Below, in pieces: positions 25,072 to 25,186 of a stretch of 25,186 bases of DNA (position 1 is its first letter; each line of letters opens with the position of its first letter). The stretch is from a virus (taxonomy: Duplodnaviria; Caudoviricetes). A program made the position numbers and the translations under genes. The stretch is taken from the IMG/VR virus record IMGVR_UViG_3300017755_003500, positions 1 through 25,186 of that record, one strand, 5' to 3'. Below the pieces are notes generated by a model. That model saw only the letters and a program-made list of their open reading frames with translations. It made no database searches and was not told where the DNA came from.

Positions 25072-25186
25072 ATGAGAGATATTGCAAATAGGGTAGTTCA
25101 GTCAGCAGTGTTGGCTCCAGTAGTTCAAAATGCAACAGTTACATCTAGTGCTATTGATTTGCTTGGTTTTAATTCTGCTATGATAT
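25072..25186 (+). CDS. Post-capsid virion protein, N-terminal part
   Basis: AGGAG RBS; MRDIANRVVQSAVLAPVVQNATVTSSAIDLLGFNSAMI..., truncated by the window edge. Confidence 0.6.
   Translation, partial: MRDIANRVVQSAVLAPVVQNATVTSSAIDLLGFNSAMI

Noticed and set aside
1-25186. Gene transfer agent or integrated prophage
   Set aside because: Has its own replication, recombination and modification genes; no host genes, integrase or att site visible.
1-25186. CRISPR arrays, tRNAs, rRNA, introns/inteins, diversity-generating retroelement
   Set aside because: No repeat-spacer pattern, cloverleaf, interrupted core gene or reverse transcriptase was seen by eye.

Overview
AT-rich fragment of a tailed dsDNA phage (siphovirus-type). 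The family resemblances suggest a marine, possibly alphaproteobacterial, host, but this is inference only. Gene order: end of tail tube, tail chaperones joined by a -1 frameshift, tape measure, distal tail protein, a trio of overlapping exported/membrane proteins, holin-like genes; a leftward early operon (ERF recombinase, SSB-like protein, 2OG-Fe(II) oxygenase); Cro-like regulator, replication initiator with internal iterons, SF4 helicase; a complete 7-deazaguanine (preQ0) cluster queE-queD-queC-[PRTase::folE fusion]-TGT/DpdA-like-ParB-like directly before terS/terL; a portal with a long multi-domain C-terminal extension, M15 endolysin, minor head protein, an island of small accessory ORFs holding a candidate hammerhead ribozyme, HK97 prohead protease and major capsid. 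The most notable items are the phosphoribosyltransferase-FolE fusion in the DNA-modification cluster, the hammerhead candidate, an attenuator-like four-segment RNA before the oxygenase, the envelope trio and strong avoidance of several short DNA motifs. All calls come from motif recognition by eye; no database search was run.
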